In this document: positions 36,772 to 46,901 of the stretch, in pieces
How positions within the stretch are numbered: the first letter of the stretch is position 1
Layout: every line of letters begins with the position of its first letter
DNA from: an uncultured Chloroflexia bacterium
GTDB taxonomy: Bacteria; Chloroflexota; Limnocylindria; Limnocylindrales; CSP1-4
NCBI GenBank assembly: GCA_963813335.1
Contig: CAWEYL010000002.1
Location: forward strand, 1-64,000
Length of the DNA stretch: 64,000 nucleotides
Direction of reading: 5' to 3'
The notes under the pieces: model-generated
Told to the model about the DNA's origin: nothing
The model's input: the letters and a program-made list of their open reading frames with translations, nothing else
Databases searched by the model: none
Translations under genes and position numbers: made by a program

Positions 36772-38040
36772 ATGGCCGATCAGATCCGCGTCCTCGTCGT
36801 CGACGATATCCCGGAGACCCGCGATCACCTGACGAAGCTCCTGAGCTTCGAGAGTGACATCGACGTGGTCGGAGCCGCCGCGTCCGGTCGAGAAGCCCTC
36901 GACATGGCGCTCAAGCTCCACCCGGACGTCGTCCTGATGGACATCAACATGCCGGACATGGACGGCATCGCCGCCACGGAGCAGCTCACGGCCACGGTGC
37001 CGTCGGCGGCGGTGGTGATGATGTCCGTCCAGGGTGAGGCCGATTACCTCCGCCGCTCGATGCTGGCGGGGGCTCGCGAGTTCCTCGTCAAGCCCTTCAG
37101 CAGCGACGAGCTGACCGCCTCGATCCGCCAGGTCCACGCCCGCGAGCGCGACAAGGCCAGCCGCATCGCCGCGACCACGCCGCTGGTCCGCCCGGCGGCC
37201 GGGGGCGGCACGGGCGGCGGCGACGCCGACGGCGAGCCGGGCCAGGTCGTCGCCGTCTTCAGCCCCAAGGGCGGGGTCGGCCGCACCACCGTCGCGGTCA
37301 ACCTCGCGGTCGCGGCCGCCACCGAGCTGGGCAAGAAGGTCGTCATCGTCGACGGTTCGTTCCAGTTCGGCGACGTCGGCGTCCTGCTCAACCTGAACCC
37401 GCGCAGCAAGTCGATCGCCGACCTCGTCCCCGAGCTGGAGGCGGGCGACCTGGACTCGCTCGACACGTTCGTCATCACGCACTCATCCGGCGTGCGAGCC
37501 CTGCTCGCCCCGCCCAGCCCCGAGATGGCCGAGCTGGTCACCCCGGCCGGGATCAAGCGCATCATCGAGGCGCTGCGCATCGACTACGACCTCGTCGTCG
37601 TGGACTGCACGGCGTTCTTCAACGACACCACCCTGGCCATCCTCGACGTGGCCGACGTCATCCTGACCATGCTCAGCCTCGAGATCACGAGCATCAAGAA
37701 CATGCGGCTCTTCCTGGAGGTCGCGGAACAGCTCGGATACGAGGCGGGCAAGGTCCGGCTCGTCCTCAACCGCGCCGACTCGGCACTCGGCATCCGCGTG
37801 ACGGATGTGGAGAATTCGATCGGCCGGAAGGTCGATGAGACGATCGTGAGCGACGGTCGGAGCGTGGTCTACGCGCTCAACCGTGGCGTCCCGTTCTTCC
37901 TGTCCAACAAGGAGGCGCAAGTCTCCCAGGACATCCTCCGGCTCGCTCGTACGGTCACGTCCGGTGACCGCCCGAGCGCGCCAGCCGGCGACGACAGCCG
38001 GAAGTCAACCCAGAAGAAATCCTTGTTCGCCTGGCGATGA
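36772..38040 (+). CDS. cpaE: CpaE/TadZ: receiver domain + MinD/ParA-like ATPase
   Basis: VVDD and LMDINMP receiver; FSPKGGVGRTT. Confidence 0.88.
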   Translation: MADQIRVLVVDDIPETRDHLTKLLSFESDIDVVGAAASGREALDMALKLHPDVVLMDINMPDMDGIAATEQLTATVPSAAVVMMSVQGEADYLRRSMLAGAREFLVKPFSSDELTASIRQVHARERDKASRIAATTPLVRPAAGGGTGGGDADGEPGQVVAVFSPKGGVGRTTVAVNLAVAAATELGKKVVIVDGSFQFGDVGVLLNLNPRSKSIADLVPELEAGDLDSLDTFVITHSSGVRALLAPPSPEMAELVTPAGIKRIIEALRIDYDLVVVDCTAFFNDTTLAILDVADVILTMLSLEITSIKNMRLFLEVAEQLGYEAGKVRLVLNRADSALGIRVTDVENSIGRKVDETIVSDGRSVVYALNRGVPFFLSNKEAQVSQDILRLARTVTSGDRPSAPAGDDSRKSTQKKSLFAWR

Positions 38041-38084
38041 CCATGGCCGTAGTGAGCCCCTCGGGGCGAGAAGGGGTGTAGGCG

Positions 38085-39497
38085 ATGTCCCTCCTGAAGC
38101 GGATCGAAAGCGCACGACCGGGCTCGCCCGGCGGCCCGGAGGGCGCTCCGGGCGCACCGGGGTCCAACCTGCCGGTCGCACCGGGCGGCGCGCCGCCCAG
38201 CGCGCCGTCGCCGCGGCTGACCAGCCAGGCACCGGTCCGGGAGTCGTTCCGGGACGTCAAGTTCCGGATCCAGAACCGGGTCATCCAGGACCTGGACCCG
38301 AAGCTCGACCTGTCCAACCAGGTCGAGGTCCGGCGCCAGATCGAGGAGATCTTCGGCAAGGTCATCGACGAGGAAGGCCTCGCGCTGACCCGTGCCGAGC
38401 GCGTCCGGATGCTGGAGCAGATCACCGACGAGATCATCGGCCTTGGGCCGCTGGAGCCGCTCCTGCGCGACGACAGCATCACCGAGGTCATGGTCAACGG
38501 GCCGCGCCAGGTCTACATCGAGCGCTCCGGCAAGCTGGAGCTGACCAACGTCGTCTTCCAGAACGACGACCACGTCATGCGCATCATCGACCGGATCATC
38601 GCCCCGATCGGCCGACGCGTCGACGAGTCGTCGCCGATGGTCGATGCCCGCCTCACCGACGGCTCGCGCGTCAATGCCATCATCCCGCCGCTGTCCCTGG
38701 TCGGCCCCGTCATCACGATCCGGAAGTTCTCGGCCTCGCCCTTCACGGTCGACGACCTCATCCGGTTCGGCACGGCGACGGCCGACATGTTCGACTTCCT
38801 CCGCGCCTGCGTGGAGGCCCGCCTCAACATCTTCGTGTCCGGCGGCACGGGCTCGGGCAAGACCACGACCCTCAACGTGCTCTCCTCGTTCATCCCGAAC
38901 GACGAGCGCATCGTGACGATCGAGGACGCGGCCGAGCTGCAGCTCCGCCAGGAGCACGTCGTCACCCTCGAGTCCCGGCCCCCGAACATCGAGGGCAAGG
39001 GCGCGATCCCGATCCGCGAGCTCGTGCGCAACGCCCTGCGCATGCGGCCCGACCGGATCATCGTCGGAGAGTGTCGTTCCGGTGAGGCCCTGGACATGCT
39101 CCAGGCCATGAACACCGGCCACGACGGCTCGATGTCGACCGGCCACGCCAACAGCCCGCGCGACATGCTGTCGCGCCTCGAGACGATGGTCCTGATGGCC
39201 GGCGTCGACCTGCCCCTGCGGGCCATCCGCGAGCAGGTCGCCTCGGCGGTCGACCTCATCGTCCAGCAGAGTCGCCTCAAGGACGGGACCCGGAAGATCG
39301 TCAATATCACCGAGGTCCAGGGCATGGAAGGCGACGTCATCGTCATGCAGGACGTCTTCGTCTTCGAGCAGACCGGTGTCGTCGAGGGCAAGATCCAGGG
39401 TCGCCTCAAGCCGACCGGGATCCGGCCGAAGTTCGTCGAGAAGTTCGAGGTCATGGGCATCAACCTGCCGCCTGGCCTGTTCGGCTTCTCGTACTAG
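38085..39497 (+). CDS. cpaF: Tad pilus assembly ATPase CpaF/TadA
   Basis: GGTGSGKTT, TIEDAAEL, LRMRPDR and AMNTGH. Confidence 0.95.
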   Translation: MSLLKRIESARPGSPGGPEGAPGAPGSNLPVAPGGAPPSAPSPRLTSQAPVRESFRDVKFRIQNRVIQDLDPKLDLSNQVEVRRQIEEIFGKVIDEEGLALTRAERVRMLEQITDEIIGLGPLEPLLRDDSITEVMVNGPRQVYIERSGKLELTNVVFQNDDHVMRIIDRIIAPIGRRVDESSPMVDARLTDGSRVNAIIPPLSLVGPVITIRKFSASPFTVDDLIRFGTATADMFDFLRACVEARLNIFVSGGTGSGKTTTLNVLSSFIPNDERIVTIEDAAELQLRQEHVVTLESRPPNIEGKGAIPIRELVRNALRMRPDRIIVGECRSGEALDMLQAMNTGHDGSMSTGHANSPRDMLSRLETMVLMAGVDLPLRAIREQVASAVDLIVQQSRLKDGTRKIVNITEVQGMEGDVIVMQDVFVFEQTGVVEGKIQGRLKPTGIRPKFVEKFEVMGINLPPGLFGFSY

Positions 39498-39518
39498 GCG
39501 ACGGAAGGAGACCTGACC

Positions 39519-40541
39519 GTGGAGCCCATCGCGCTCGCGATCGCCGGCGTCGCCGCACTGGCGATCCTGCTCATCGCAGTCGGCATCGCGACGTCCGGTG
39601 GATCGGGGATCTCGGACCGCCTCGAGCGGTATGCCTCCTCGCGCCCTGCCGAGAAGAAGAAGAAGGCTGCGGCTTCGACCGGCCAGGGGCCGGTCACGGA
39701 CTTCATCGCCCAGAGCCAGGCGCTCGAGAACCTCAACCGGGTCGTCGAGCAGCGTGACTTCGGCGCCAACCTCGCCCGCGAGATCGCCCGGGCCGACCTC
39801 AAGCTCAAGGTGTCGGAGTACCTGCTCATCTGGGCCGGCTGCATCGTCGGCGTGCCCGTCGGGATGTTCCTGGCGTCCTTCCTCTTCCCGGCCCTCGGCA
39901 ACCCGATCTTCCTGCTCCTGGGCGCCCTCATCGGCTTCTTCATCCCGCGCTTCTGGCTGAACCGCCGCAAGGGCGGACGGCTGGGTGCCTTCAACAAGCA
40001 GCTGCCGGACACCATCACCCTGATCGCCAACGCCCTGCGGGCCGGCTCGTCCTTCCTGCAGGCCATCGAGCTGGTCGTCCGCGAGTCGCGGCCGCCGGTC
40101 TCGACCGAGTTCGGCCGGGTCATCCGGGAGGTCAACCTCGGCCTGCCGTTCGACCAGGCGCTCGAGAACATGGTCCGCCGGGTCCGCTCGGACGACCTCG
40201 AGCTGATGGCTACGGCCATCTCCATCCAGCACCAGGTCGGCGGCAACCTCGCCGAGATCCTCGACTCGATCGCGTTCACGATCCGCGAGCGAGTCCGGAT
40301 CAAGGGTGAGATCCGCACCCTGACCGCGCAGCAGCGCCTGTCGGGCTACGTCGTCGGCTTCCTGCCGATCGCGCTGGCCGGGTTCCTGTTCGTGGCCGCT
40401 CCCGGCTTCATGGAGCCGATGTTCGCATCACCACCCGAGGTCCTCGGCCTGCCGGCCGGCGTGATCATCCTCATCGTGGGCGGGTTCATGATGTTCGTCG
40501 GGTTCATGCTCATCCGCAAGATCGTCGACATCGAGGTCTAG
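39519..40541 (+). CDS. tadB: TadB (T2SS F family)
   Basis: QLPDTI..ANALRAG and GGNLAEIL. Confidence 0.9.
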   Translation: MEPIALAIAGVAALAILLIAVGIATSGGSGISDRLERYASSRPAEKKKKAAASTGQGPVTDFIAQSQALENLNRVVEQRDFGANLAREIARADLKLKVSEYLLIWAGCIVGVPVGMFLASFLFPALGNPIFLLLGALIGFFIPRFWLNRRKGGRLGAFNKQLPDTITLIANALRAGSSFLQAIELVVRESRPPVSTEFGRVIREVNLGLPFDQALENMVRRVRSDDLELMATAISIQHQVGGNLAEILDSIAFTIRERVRIKGEIRTLTAQQRLSGYVVGFLPIALAGFLFVAAPGFMEPMFASPPEVLGLPAGVIILIVGGFMMFVGFMLIRKIVDIEV

Positions 40542-40545
40542 CCCG

Positions 40546-41475
40546 ATGCTACTTCCCATCGTCATCGCGGCCGTCGCGGCCGGGGCGATCCTCCTGATCT
40601 TCATCGGGCTCGCCGGCGGTTCGTCGGTCGATCCGGTCCAGGCCCGCCTGACCCAGCTCGGGTCGATGCAGGCCAAGAACCTCGAGGAGCTCGAGCTCCA
40701 GCAGCCGTTCATCGAGCGGACGCTGCGGCCCCTGGCGACCCGCCTGTCCGGTGGCGTCGCCCGGGTCACGAGCTCGTCGTTCAGCGAGCGGACCGAGAAG
40801 CGCCTCGCGCTGGCCGGCAACCCTGGCGACCTGCGGGTCAACGACTGGCTGGGCATCAAGGCCATCGGCGCCATCGTCGGCGGTGTCCTGTTCTTCCTGC
40901 TGTTCGTCGTCGTCGGCGTGATGAAGCTGCCGCTCGTCATGGCGATCCTGATGACCGTCGTCGGCGTCCTCGTCGGCTACACGGTCCCCGAGTTCTGGCT
41001 GGGCGGCCGGGTGCGCAAGCGCCAGAAGCTCATCCTCCTGATGATCCCGGACGCGCTCGACCTGCTGACGATCTCCGTGCGCGCCGGCCTCGGCTTCGAT
41101 GCCGCGCTCGGCCGGGTGGTCGACAAGCTCCAGGGCCCGCTGACCGACGAGTTCCGCCGCGCGCTGGCCGAAGTCCGCGTCGGCAAGGCGCGCCGCGAGG
41201 CGCTCCGCGACATCGTCCCGCGCACGGAAGTGGCCCCGCTGACCAACTTCATCGGCGCGATCATCCAGGCCGAGCAACTCGGTGTGTCGATCTCGAAGGT
41301 GCTCCAGGTCCAGTCCGAGCAGCTGCGCATCGAGCGCCGCCAGCGGGCTGAGGAGCAGGCGGCGAAGGCACCGATCAAGATGCTGTTCCCGCTCGTCGGC
41401 TGCATCTTCCCGTCGCTGTTCATCGTCATCCTCGGACCGGCCATCATCCTGATCGTCCAGAACCTCGGGACCTAG
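40546..41475 (+). CDS. tadC: TadC (T2SS F family)
   Basis: PDALDLL..SVRAGLGF and KMLFPL..CIFP. Confidence 0.9.
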   Translation: MLLPIVIAAVAAGAILLIFIGLAGGSSVDPVQARLTQLGSMQAKNLEELELQQPFIERTLRPLATRLSGGVARVTSSSFSERTEKRLALAGNPGDLRVNDWLGIKAIGAIVGGVLFFLLFVVVGVMKLPLVMAILMTVVGVLVGYTVPEFWLGGRVRKRQKLILLMIPDALDLLTISVRAGLGFDAALGRVVDKLQGPLTDEFRRALAEVRVGKARREALRDIVPRTEVAPLTNFIGAIIQAEQLGVSISKVLQVQSEQLRIERRQRAEEQAAKAPIKMLFPLVGCIFPSLFIVILGPAIILIVQNLGT

Positions 41476-41511
41476 GCGATCCTCACCGCGCGGAATACCA
41501 CGCGGGCCACG

Positions 41512-41847
41512 ATGGTGGCCGCCCGCGTGGAGGTGGCGGCCAGCCTGTGGGGGAAGTTCAAGGGCCTGATGGGTCGAGCCTCGCTCGACTCCGACGCCGC
41601 CCTGTGGCTGCCCGACAGCAACGGCATCCACATGATGTTCATGCGCTTCCCGATCGACGCGATCTTCGTCGGCCACCCCGACGCGGAGCGCGGCGGCGGC
41701 CGGCCCGTGATCGCCGTCCACCGCTCCCTTGGGCGCTGGACCGGGATGGTCCCGCTGGTCCGCGGCGCCCATGGCGTCCTCGAGCTGCCGATCGGCACCG
41801 TCGACCGCACGGGCACCCAGGTCGGGGACATCATCACGCTCCTGTAG
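41512..41847 (+). CDS. DUF192 family protein (true start probably further upstream)
   Basis: KGLMGR, IHMMFMRFPIDAIF and VLELP.G. Confidence 0.8.
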   Translation: MVAARVEVAASLWGKFKGLMGRASLDSDAALWLPDSNGIHMMFMRFPIDAIFVGHPDAERGGGRPVIAVHRSLGRWTGMVPLVRGAHGVLELPIGTVDRTGTQVGDIITLL

Positions 41848-41916
41848 ACGCACGCGAGACGCCCGCGCCGGGCGCCCGCTAAGCCGCAGCGAAGCGGTGG
41901 TCGCCAGGATCGCGGC

Positions 41917-42588
41917 GTGCTCGGTCGTCTCGTGTCGCGCAGCCTCGATCTCGCCTTTCCGGCGACCTGCGCCGGCTGCGGCCGTGAGGGCGACCCCATC
42001 TGCCCGCGCTGCCGTCCGGCCGTGGACGCCCGGCTGGCCCTGCCGCCCGGCGTCCCGCTCGGGCTGCCGGCCGACCTCCCGCCCGGGCTCCTCCAGGCCG
42101 AGTGGTGCGCGCCGTTCGGCGGGGTCGTCAGGAGCGCCCTGCACCAGCTGAAGTACGCCGGCGAGCGCCGGCTCGCCATGCCGCTCGGCGAGGCGCTCGC
42201 CCGCCGTTGGGCGGTGGCCGGCGGGGGCGGCGAGCTCCTGGTCCCCGTCCCGGTGCATCGCGAGCGGGCCGCCCAGCGTGGCTACGACCAGGCCGTCCTC
42301 CTCGCGGGGGCCGCCGCAGGACCGCTCGGCCTGCCGCTGGCGTGCGCGCTCGTCCGTCGGCGGGCGACGACGGCGCAGTACCACCTCGACCGCCTGGACC
42401 GCGCCGCCAACGTGGCCGGCGCCTTCGCGCCGGGCTCGGCGCAGGACGCCGCCGCGGTCCGCGGCCGATGGGTCGTCCTGGTCGACGACGTCATGACCAC
42501 GGGAGCGACCCTGTCGGCCTGTGCCGCGGCCCTCGCGGAGGCCGGCGCCAGTGGCGTCTCGGCGATCACGGTGGCCCGCGAGCGCTGA
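41917..42588 (+). CDS. comF: ComF family (double zinc ribbon + PRTase)
   Basis: CAGC...CPRC, LKY, RGYDQA and LVDDVMTTGATL. Confidence 0.9.
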   Translation: MLGRLVSRSLDLAFPATCAGCGREGDPICPRCRPAVDARLALPPGVPLGLPADLPPGLLQAEWCAPFGGVVRSALHQLKYAGERRLAMPLGEALARRWAVAGGGGELLVPVPVHRERAAQRGYDQAVLLAGAAAGPLGLPLACALVRRRATTAQYHLDRLDRAANVAGAFAPGSAQDAAAVRGRWVVLVDDVMTTGATLSACAAALAEAGASGVSAITVARER

Positions 42589-42667
42589 TCCGGGCCGTCC
42601 GGCAGCGGCCCCGGGGCGGCACCAGGTCTATACTCGAAGCTCCGAGACCGGCCCCTGGAGGTGACGA

Positions 42668-43267
42668 GTGAGGATGATCGTCAAGGGCAAGAACGTCGAG
42701 GTCCCGGACCATGTCCGCGCCTATGCCGAGCGGAAGCTCGGCCACATCGCCCGGCTGGTGGATGACCGGACCGACGCCCTCGTCGAGCTATCGAACGAGC
42801 ACCACCGCAGCGTCGACCACGCCCACATCGCCGAGGTCACCCTCGTCATCAACGGGCGGACCCTGCACAGCCACGCCGACGGGGCGAGCTACCAGGCGGC
42901 CATCGACGCCGTGGTCGACAAGGTGGAGCGGCAGACCGTCGACCACAAGGAGAAGCCCCGCGTGCGGCAGCGGCCGGTGCAGGAGAAGCAGATCCTGTCG
43001 CGCATCGCGGACGGGACCTCCGAGCCGGGTCACGAGCCGCGGATCGTCAAGACCAAGCGCTTCGCGATCGAGCCGATGTTCGAGGAGGACGCGATCGCGG
43101 CGATGCTGGACCTCGGCCACATGTTCTACGTGTTCGTCAACGCGGAGAACGAGCAGATCGCCATCCTGTACACCCGGGACGACGGGGACTTCGGGCTGAT
43201 CGAGCCGTCGGTCGGCGGCGCGTACACGCCCGCCCACATCGACGCCGGGCGGCGCCGCGCCGGCTGA
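42668..43267 (+). CDS. hpf: ribosome hibernation promoting factor (long HPF)
   Basis: KGKNVEV..YAERKL and C-terminal KRF...PM..EDA...LGH.FYVF. TATACT at 42629 and GGAGGTGA SD. Confidence 0.92.
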   Translation: MRMIVKGKNVEVPDHVRAYAERKLGHIARLVDDRTDALVELSNEHHRSVDHAHIAEVTLVINGRTLHSHADGASYQAAIDAVVDKVERQTVDHKEKPRVRQRPVQEKQILSRIADGTSEPGHEPRIVKTKRFAIEPMFEEDAIAAMLDLGHMFYVFVNAENEQIAILYTRDDGDFGLIEPSVGGAYTPAHIDAGRRRAG

Positions 43268-43345
43268 CGTTCGACCACGGCCGACCCCGGCCGGCAGTAC
43301 GGGTCGGCGTCGTGGGGCAGGTTGCCGGCATCGTACGATGCGTCG

Positions 43346-44317
43346 GTGCTGCCAGACGGTCGACGACTCGGTGCCCACCTGTCCGTGGCGTCCGGCCTGG
43401 CGACGGCCGTGGAACGCGCCCACACCATCGGCGCGACGGCCATCCAGGTCTTCGCGGACAACCCGACCGCGTGGCGCCGCCGGCCGGAGCCGCCGGTCGA
43501 TGCCCCGGCCTTCCGGGAGCGGCTGGCGGCCAGGGACATCGGCCCCGTGGCGATCCACGCCCCGTACCTCGTCAATCTCGCCGGACCGGACGAGGTGTTC
43601 GCCGAGCGGTCCATCGCGGTCCTCATCCACGACCTGCGGGTCGCGCCGGCGTTCGGCGCCGCCTTCCTGAACGTCCATATCGGCTCGCACGGCGACACCG
43701 CCCCGGCGGACGGCATCGTCCGCCTGACGGACGGCATCGCGCGCGTGCTCGGCGAGGTCGATGACGGACCGGGATCGGCCCGCCTGGTGCTCGAGAACTC
43801 GGCTGGGGGCGGGTTCACGCTCGGGGTCGACCTCGATGAGCTGGCGGCCATCGCCGACGCCCTCGCCGCGCGCGGCGTCGACCCGGCCCGGGTCGGGTTC
43901 TGCCTGGACACGGCCCACGCATGGGGCGCCGGGATCGACCTGTCCGAGCCGGAGGCGATCGATGCCTTCCTGCGCGGATTCGACGCCCGGGTCGGCCTCG
44001 AGCGGCTGGTCATGGTCCATCTCAACGACTCGAAGGTCGAGCGTGGCTCGCGGATGGACCGGCACGAGCATCTCGGGGCCGGGCGGATCGGCGAGCGCGG
44101 CCTGGCCGCCATCCTGACCCACCCCGGCCTCGCCCGCGCCGCCTACTACCTCGAGACACCGGGGATGGACGAGGGCTACGACGCGGTCAACGTGGGGCGC
44201 GCCTACGACCTGGCCGCGGGCCGCCCGCTGGCGGCGCTCCCGCCGGAGGCCATGGAGGTTCGCGGCAGCCGGGCCCGGTCCGCCCCGGCCGAGCCCGAGC
44301 CCACGGGCGCCCGTTGA
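43346..44317 (+). CDS. nfo: endonuclease IV
   Basis: GAHLS, HAPYLVNL, LENSAG, CLDTAH, HLNDSK, DRH and LETP. Confidence 0.92.
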   Translation: MLPDGRRLGAHLSVASGLATAVERAHTIGATAIQVFADNPTAWRRRPEPPVDAPAFRERLAARDIGPVAIHAPYLVNLAGPDEVFAERSIAVLIHDLRVAPAFGAAFLNVHIGSHGDTAPADGIVRLTDGIARVLGEVDDGPGSARLVLENSAGGGFTLGVDLDELAAIADALAARGVDPARVGFCLDTAHAWGAGIDLSEPEAIDAFLRGFDARVGLERLVMVHLNDSKVERGSRMDRHEHLGAGRIGERGLAAILTHPGLARAAYYLETPGMDEGYDAVNVGRAYDLAAGRPLAALPPEAMEVRGSRARSAPAEPEPTGAR

Positions 44318-45912
44318 CCACCCAGCCGCCGGCTCGACCGTCCAGGGTGTCCCAGCGCTCGATCGACCTCGCGGTCCTGCTCGGCCTGCTGGCACTCGCC
44401 GCGCTGATGCGCCTGCCGGACCTCGCGACCCGCGGCACCTGGGACGCCGACCAGGGCCATGACATGCTGGTGCTCCGCGCGTTCGTGCGCGACGGCGTCT
44501 TCCCGCTGCTCGGACCGCCGACGTCGATCGGCGACTTCCACCACGGGGCGGTCTACTACCTGCTGCTCGCCCCGGCCGCGGCGCTGACCGGCGGCGATTC
44601 GCCACTCGCCGTGGTCTTCGAGATCGCGCTCTTCGGGATCGCCGCGGTCGGCGTCACGTGGTGGCTCGCGCGCGTGGTCGGCGGACCGGTCGCCGGGTTG
44701 GCGGCGGGCCTGGTGATGGCGCTGTCCGCATCGGCCATCGAGGAATCGACGTTCATCTGGAACCCGAACCTGATCGCCCTGACCAGCGCCGTCGCCCTGG
44801 CGGCGGCATGGCGGGCCTGGACGACCGGCCGCGTCCGCTGGTGGGTGCTGGCCGCGGTCGGGACGGCGGCGACGATGCAATGCCACGTCCTCGGCGTGAC
44901 GCTGCTGCCGATCGTCGGGGCCTTGCTCCTTGCGGACGCCCGGCGTCGCGGGCCGGGGCCGGCGCGGCGGGCCGTGCTGCTGGCCGGGCTGGCGGGTCTG
45001 GCCATCGTGGCCGCCAGCTACATCCCGCTGGCGATCCACGAGCTGACCAACGACTTCAGCGAGGTGCGCGCGGCGCTCGACTACATCGCGGGCGGCGGGG
45101 AGCCGCCGACGACGGGACCGGTCGGGCGGCTGGTCGTCGTGGGCATCCGGGTCGTCGCCTGGCCCCTGGTCGGACTCATCACGGACGCGCCGATCGCGGC
45201 CGCGCTCTCGCTGCTGCTGGTCGGCTCGATCGTGGCCTGGCGATGGCGGGCGACCGGTCGGTCCGGCGAGCGGACGGCGGTCCGCTGGCTGGGGCTCGGC
45301 CTGCTCTGGAGCGCGCTCGCGCTGACGGCCGCCGCACCGGGGCTCGCGGTCGTCATCCCGGGCCTGCCCAACGACCACTACCACGCCTTCGCCGATCCGA
45401 TGGTCTTCGTGCTCGTGGGGCTGGGCGCCGGCGCGGCGGCCGGCCTTCGGGCGTCGGCCGGGCCGACGGCGTCGCCGATCGTCCGCTCGGCGCCCGCGGT
45501 GGTGGCCGCGGCCGTGGTCGTGGCCCTCATCGGCTGGAACATCGTCCGCGTGCCGCCGGCGGTCTCGGCGGACGGTGGCTTCCCGGCGGCGGCGGCGGCC
45601 GCGACCCGCATCGAGGCCGTGCTGGCCGGCCGACCCGCGGCGCTCCGCTCGCTGCCCGTCTTCAAGACGGCCGAGGCGTACGCCTACCCGCTCACGCGCG
45701 ACGGCGCCGACCTGCGCGCGGAGGCCTCAGCCGCTGCGCTGGTGATCGTGTGCGACTCGCTGTTCGAGGGCGCGATCGGCGCACCCTGCGGCGGCCCGGC
45801 CGAGGACGCGTCACTGGCCGCGCGTCCGTTCGCAGGCGCCGCGGGCGCAGCCACGCTGGCCGATCGCTTCGAGGCCGCCCCGGGCCGGACGATCTCGGTC
45901 TACCTGCCCTGA
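44314..45912 (+). CDS. ArnT/PMT-like GT-C glycosyltransferase
   Basis: DADQGHD, PLLGP and WNPN; multi-TM; TTGA overlap with nfo. Confidence 0.72.
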   Translation: MTTQPPARPSRVSQRSIDLAVLLGLLALAALMRLPDLATRGTWDADQGHDMLVLRAFVRDGVFPLLGPPTSIGDFHHGAVYYLLLAPAAALTGGDSPLAVVFEIALFGIAAVGVTWWLARVVGGPVAGLAAGLVMALSASAIEESTFIWNPNLIALTSAVALAAAWRAWTTGRVRWWVLAAVGTAATMQCHVLGVTLLPIVGALLLADARRRGPGPARRAVLLAGLAGLAIVAASYIPLAIHELTNDFSEVRAALDYIAGGGEPPTTGPVGRLVVVGIRVVAWPLVGLITDAPIAAALSLLLVGSIVAWRWRATGRSGERTAVRWLGLGLLWSALALTAAAPGLAVVIPGLPNDHYHAFADPMVFVLVGLGAGAAAGLRASAGPTASPIVRSAPAVVAAAVVVALIGWNIVRVPPAVSADGGFPAAAAAATRIEAVLAGRPAALRSLPVFKTAEAYAYPLTRDGADLRAEASAAALVIVCDSLFEGAIGAPCGGPAEDASLAARPFAGAAGAATLADRFEAAPGRTISVYLP

Positions 45913-46033
45913 AGAGAGCCGATGGCCCGCCCGACGGCTGGGCCGAGCGGGACCGGCGAGGAGGCGGCGCCTCGCGCACGGCGCGCCGCCGGATCGCCGG
46001 GTCCGATCGGCCGGGCGAAACCCGGTGCGGGAC

Positions 46034-46071
46034 AAAAGTGAACGCCGGCGCCCCAGACGCCGGCGTTCACT
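46034..46071 (-). terminator. terminator between convergent genes
   Basis: 14-bp stem AGTGAACGCCGGCG / CGCCGGCGTTCACT with a T-run on the minus strand. Confidence 0.7.
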
Positions 46072-46124
46072 GTCCCCGAAGACCCGGATAGTGGAGGGCG
46101 ATCCGGGTCGTGCCCAGAAATATG

Positions 46125-46661
46125 CTAATAACGCCCCGGTTCCCGGCCCCCTGACCGGGAGACCTGGCGGATGGATCCGAACCCGACGCCGACCGGGGTG
46201 ACGCTGGCGGCCGCGCCCATCGAACGGACGGGAGCCGCTGGTCGAGCCAGGCGGTGGTCGGTCGGCCGCTCCGGCGCGGTCGATGCTTCCTGGGCCTGGA
46301 GGCTGCGGCCGTAGCGGCGCATCCTGACGGCCAGGTAGTACTCCATGATCTGGCGGACCTGCGGCTCGCTCAGCAGGTCGTCGGCGCGGAGCGCGTATTC
46401 GACCCGAGCGGTCGGGTTCATCGACCCGGACGCGACGAGACCCAGGTATTGCGGCGTGTCCGCGTCGTCCCGGAGCTCGCGCAGGCCACGGGCGAGCTTG
46501 GTCGCGGTCCCGAGGGACGGCATCCGATCGCCGCGGATCAGGCGGGAGATGGTCGAGTGGTCCACGCCAGACTGCTGCGCCAGCTGGCGCTGCGACATCT
46601 TCTTGGCTTTGAGCTGGGCCCGCAGCCACTCGTTGAAGGCTCGGCCGTTCTGTGTCGTCAT
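46125..46661 (-). CDS. XRE-family HTH transcriptional regulator
   Basis: MSQRQLAQQSGVDHSTISRLIRGDRMPS. Confidence 0.85.
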   Translation of the reverse strand: MTTQNGRAFNEWLRAQLKAKKMSQRQLAQQSGVDHSTISRLIRGDRMPSLGTATKLARGLRELRDDADTPQYLGLVASGSMNPTARVEYALRADDLLSEPQVRQIMEYYLAVRMRRYGRSLQAQEASTAPERPTDHRLARPAAPVRSMGAAASVTPVGVGFGSIRQVSRSGGREPGRY

Positions 46662-46901
46662 GTCGAGGTGGGCGCTCCGTCGGGATCGGCCATCGGTCGC
46701 GGTTCGTGCCGCGAGTGACTCCAACTATCGGATGGGGCCTCGGACCCCTGTATCCCCCGTTGGTACCGACGCTTGCGCTGGCCGCGGCGCGCGGCGGCCC
46801 GACGGTGCGGTGGGGTCGGGCGGGGTCAGGGGCGGCGAGGGTCGGAGCCCTGCCTGGTACTTTCGTCCGGGGTCCGATCGCAGCCCGATCCGGCCCTGCC
46901 G

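Noticed and set aside
41473-41475. Pyrrolysine recoding of the tadC TAG
   Set aside because: No pyl genes in the window, and TAG terminates many ordinary genes here.
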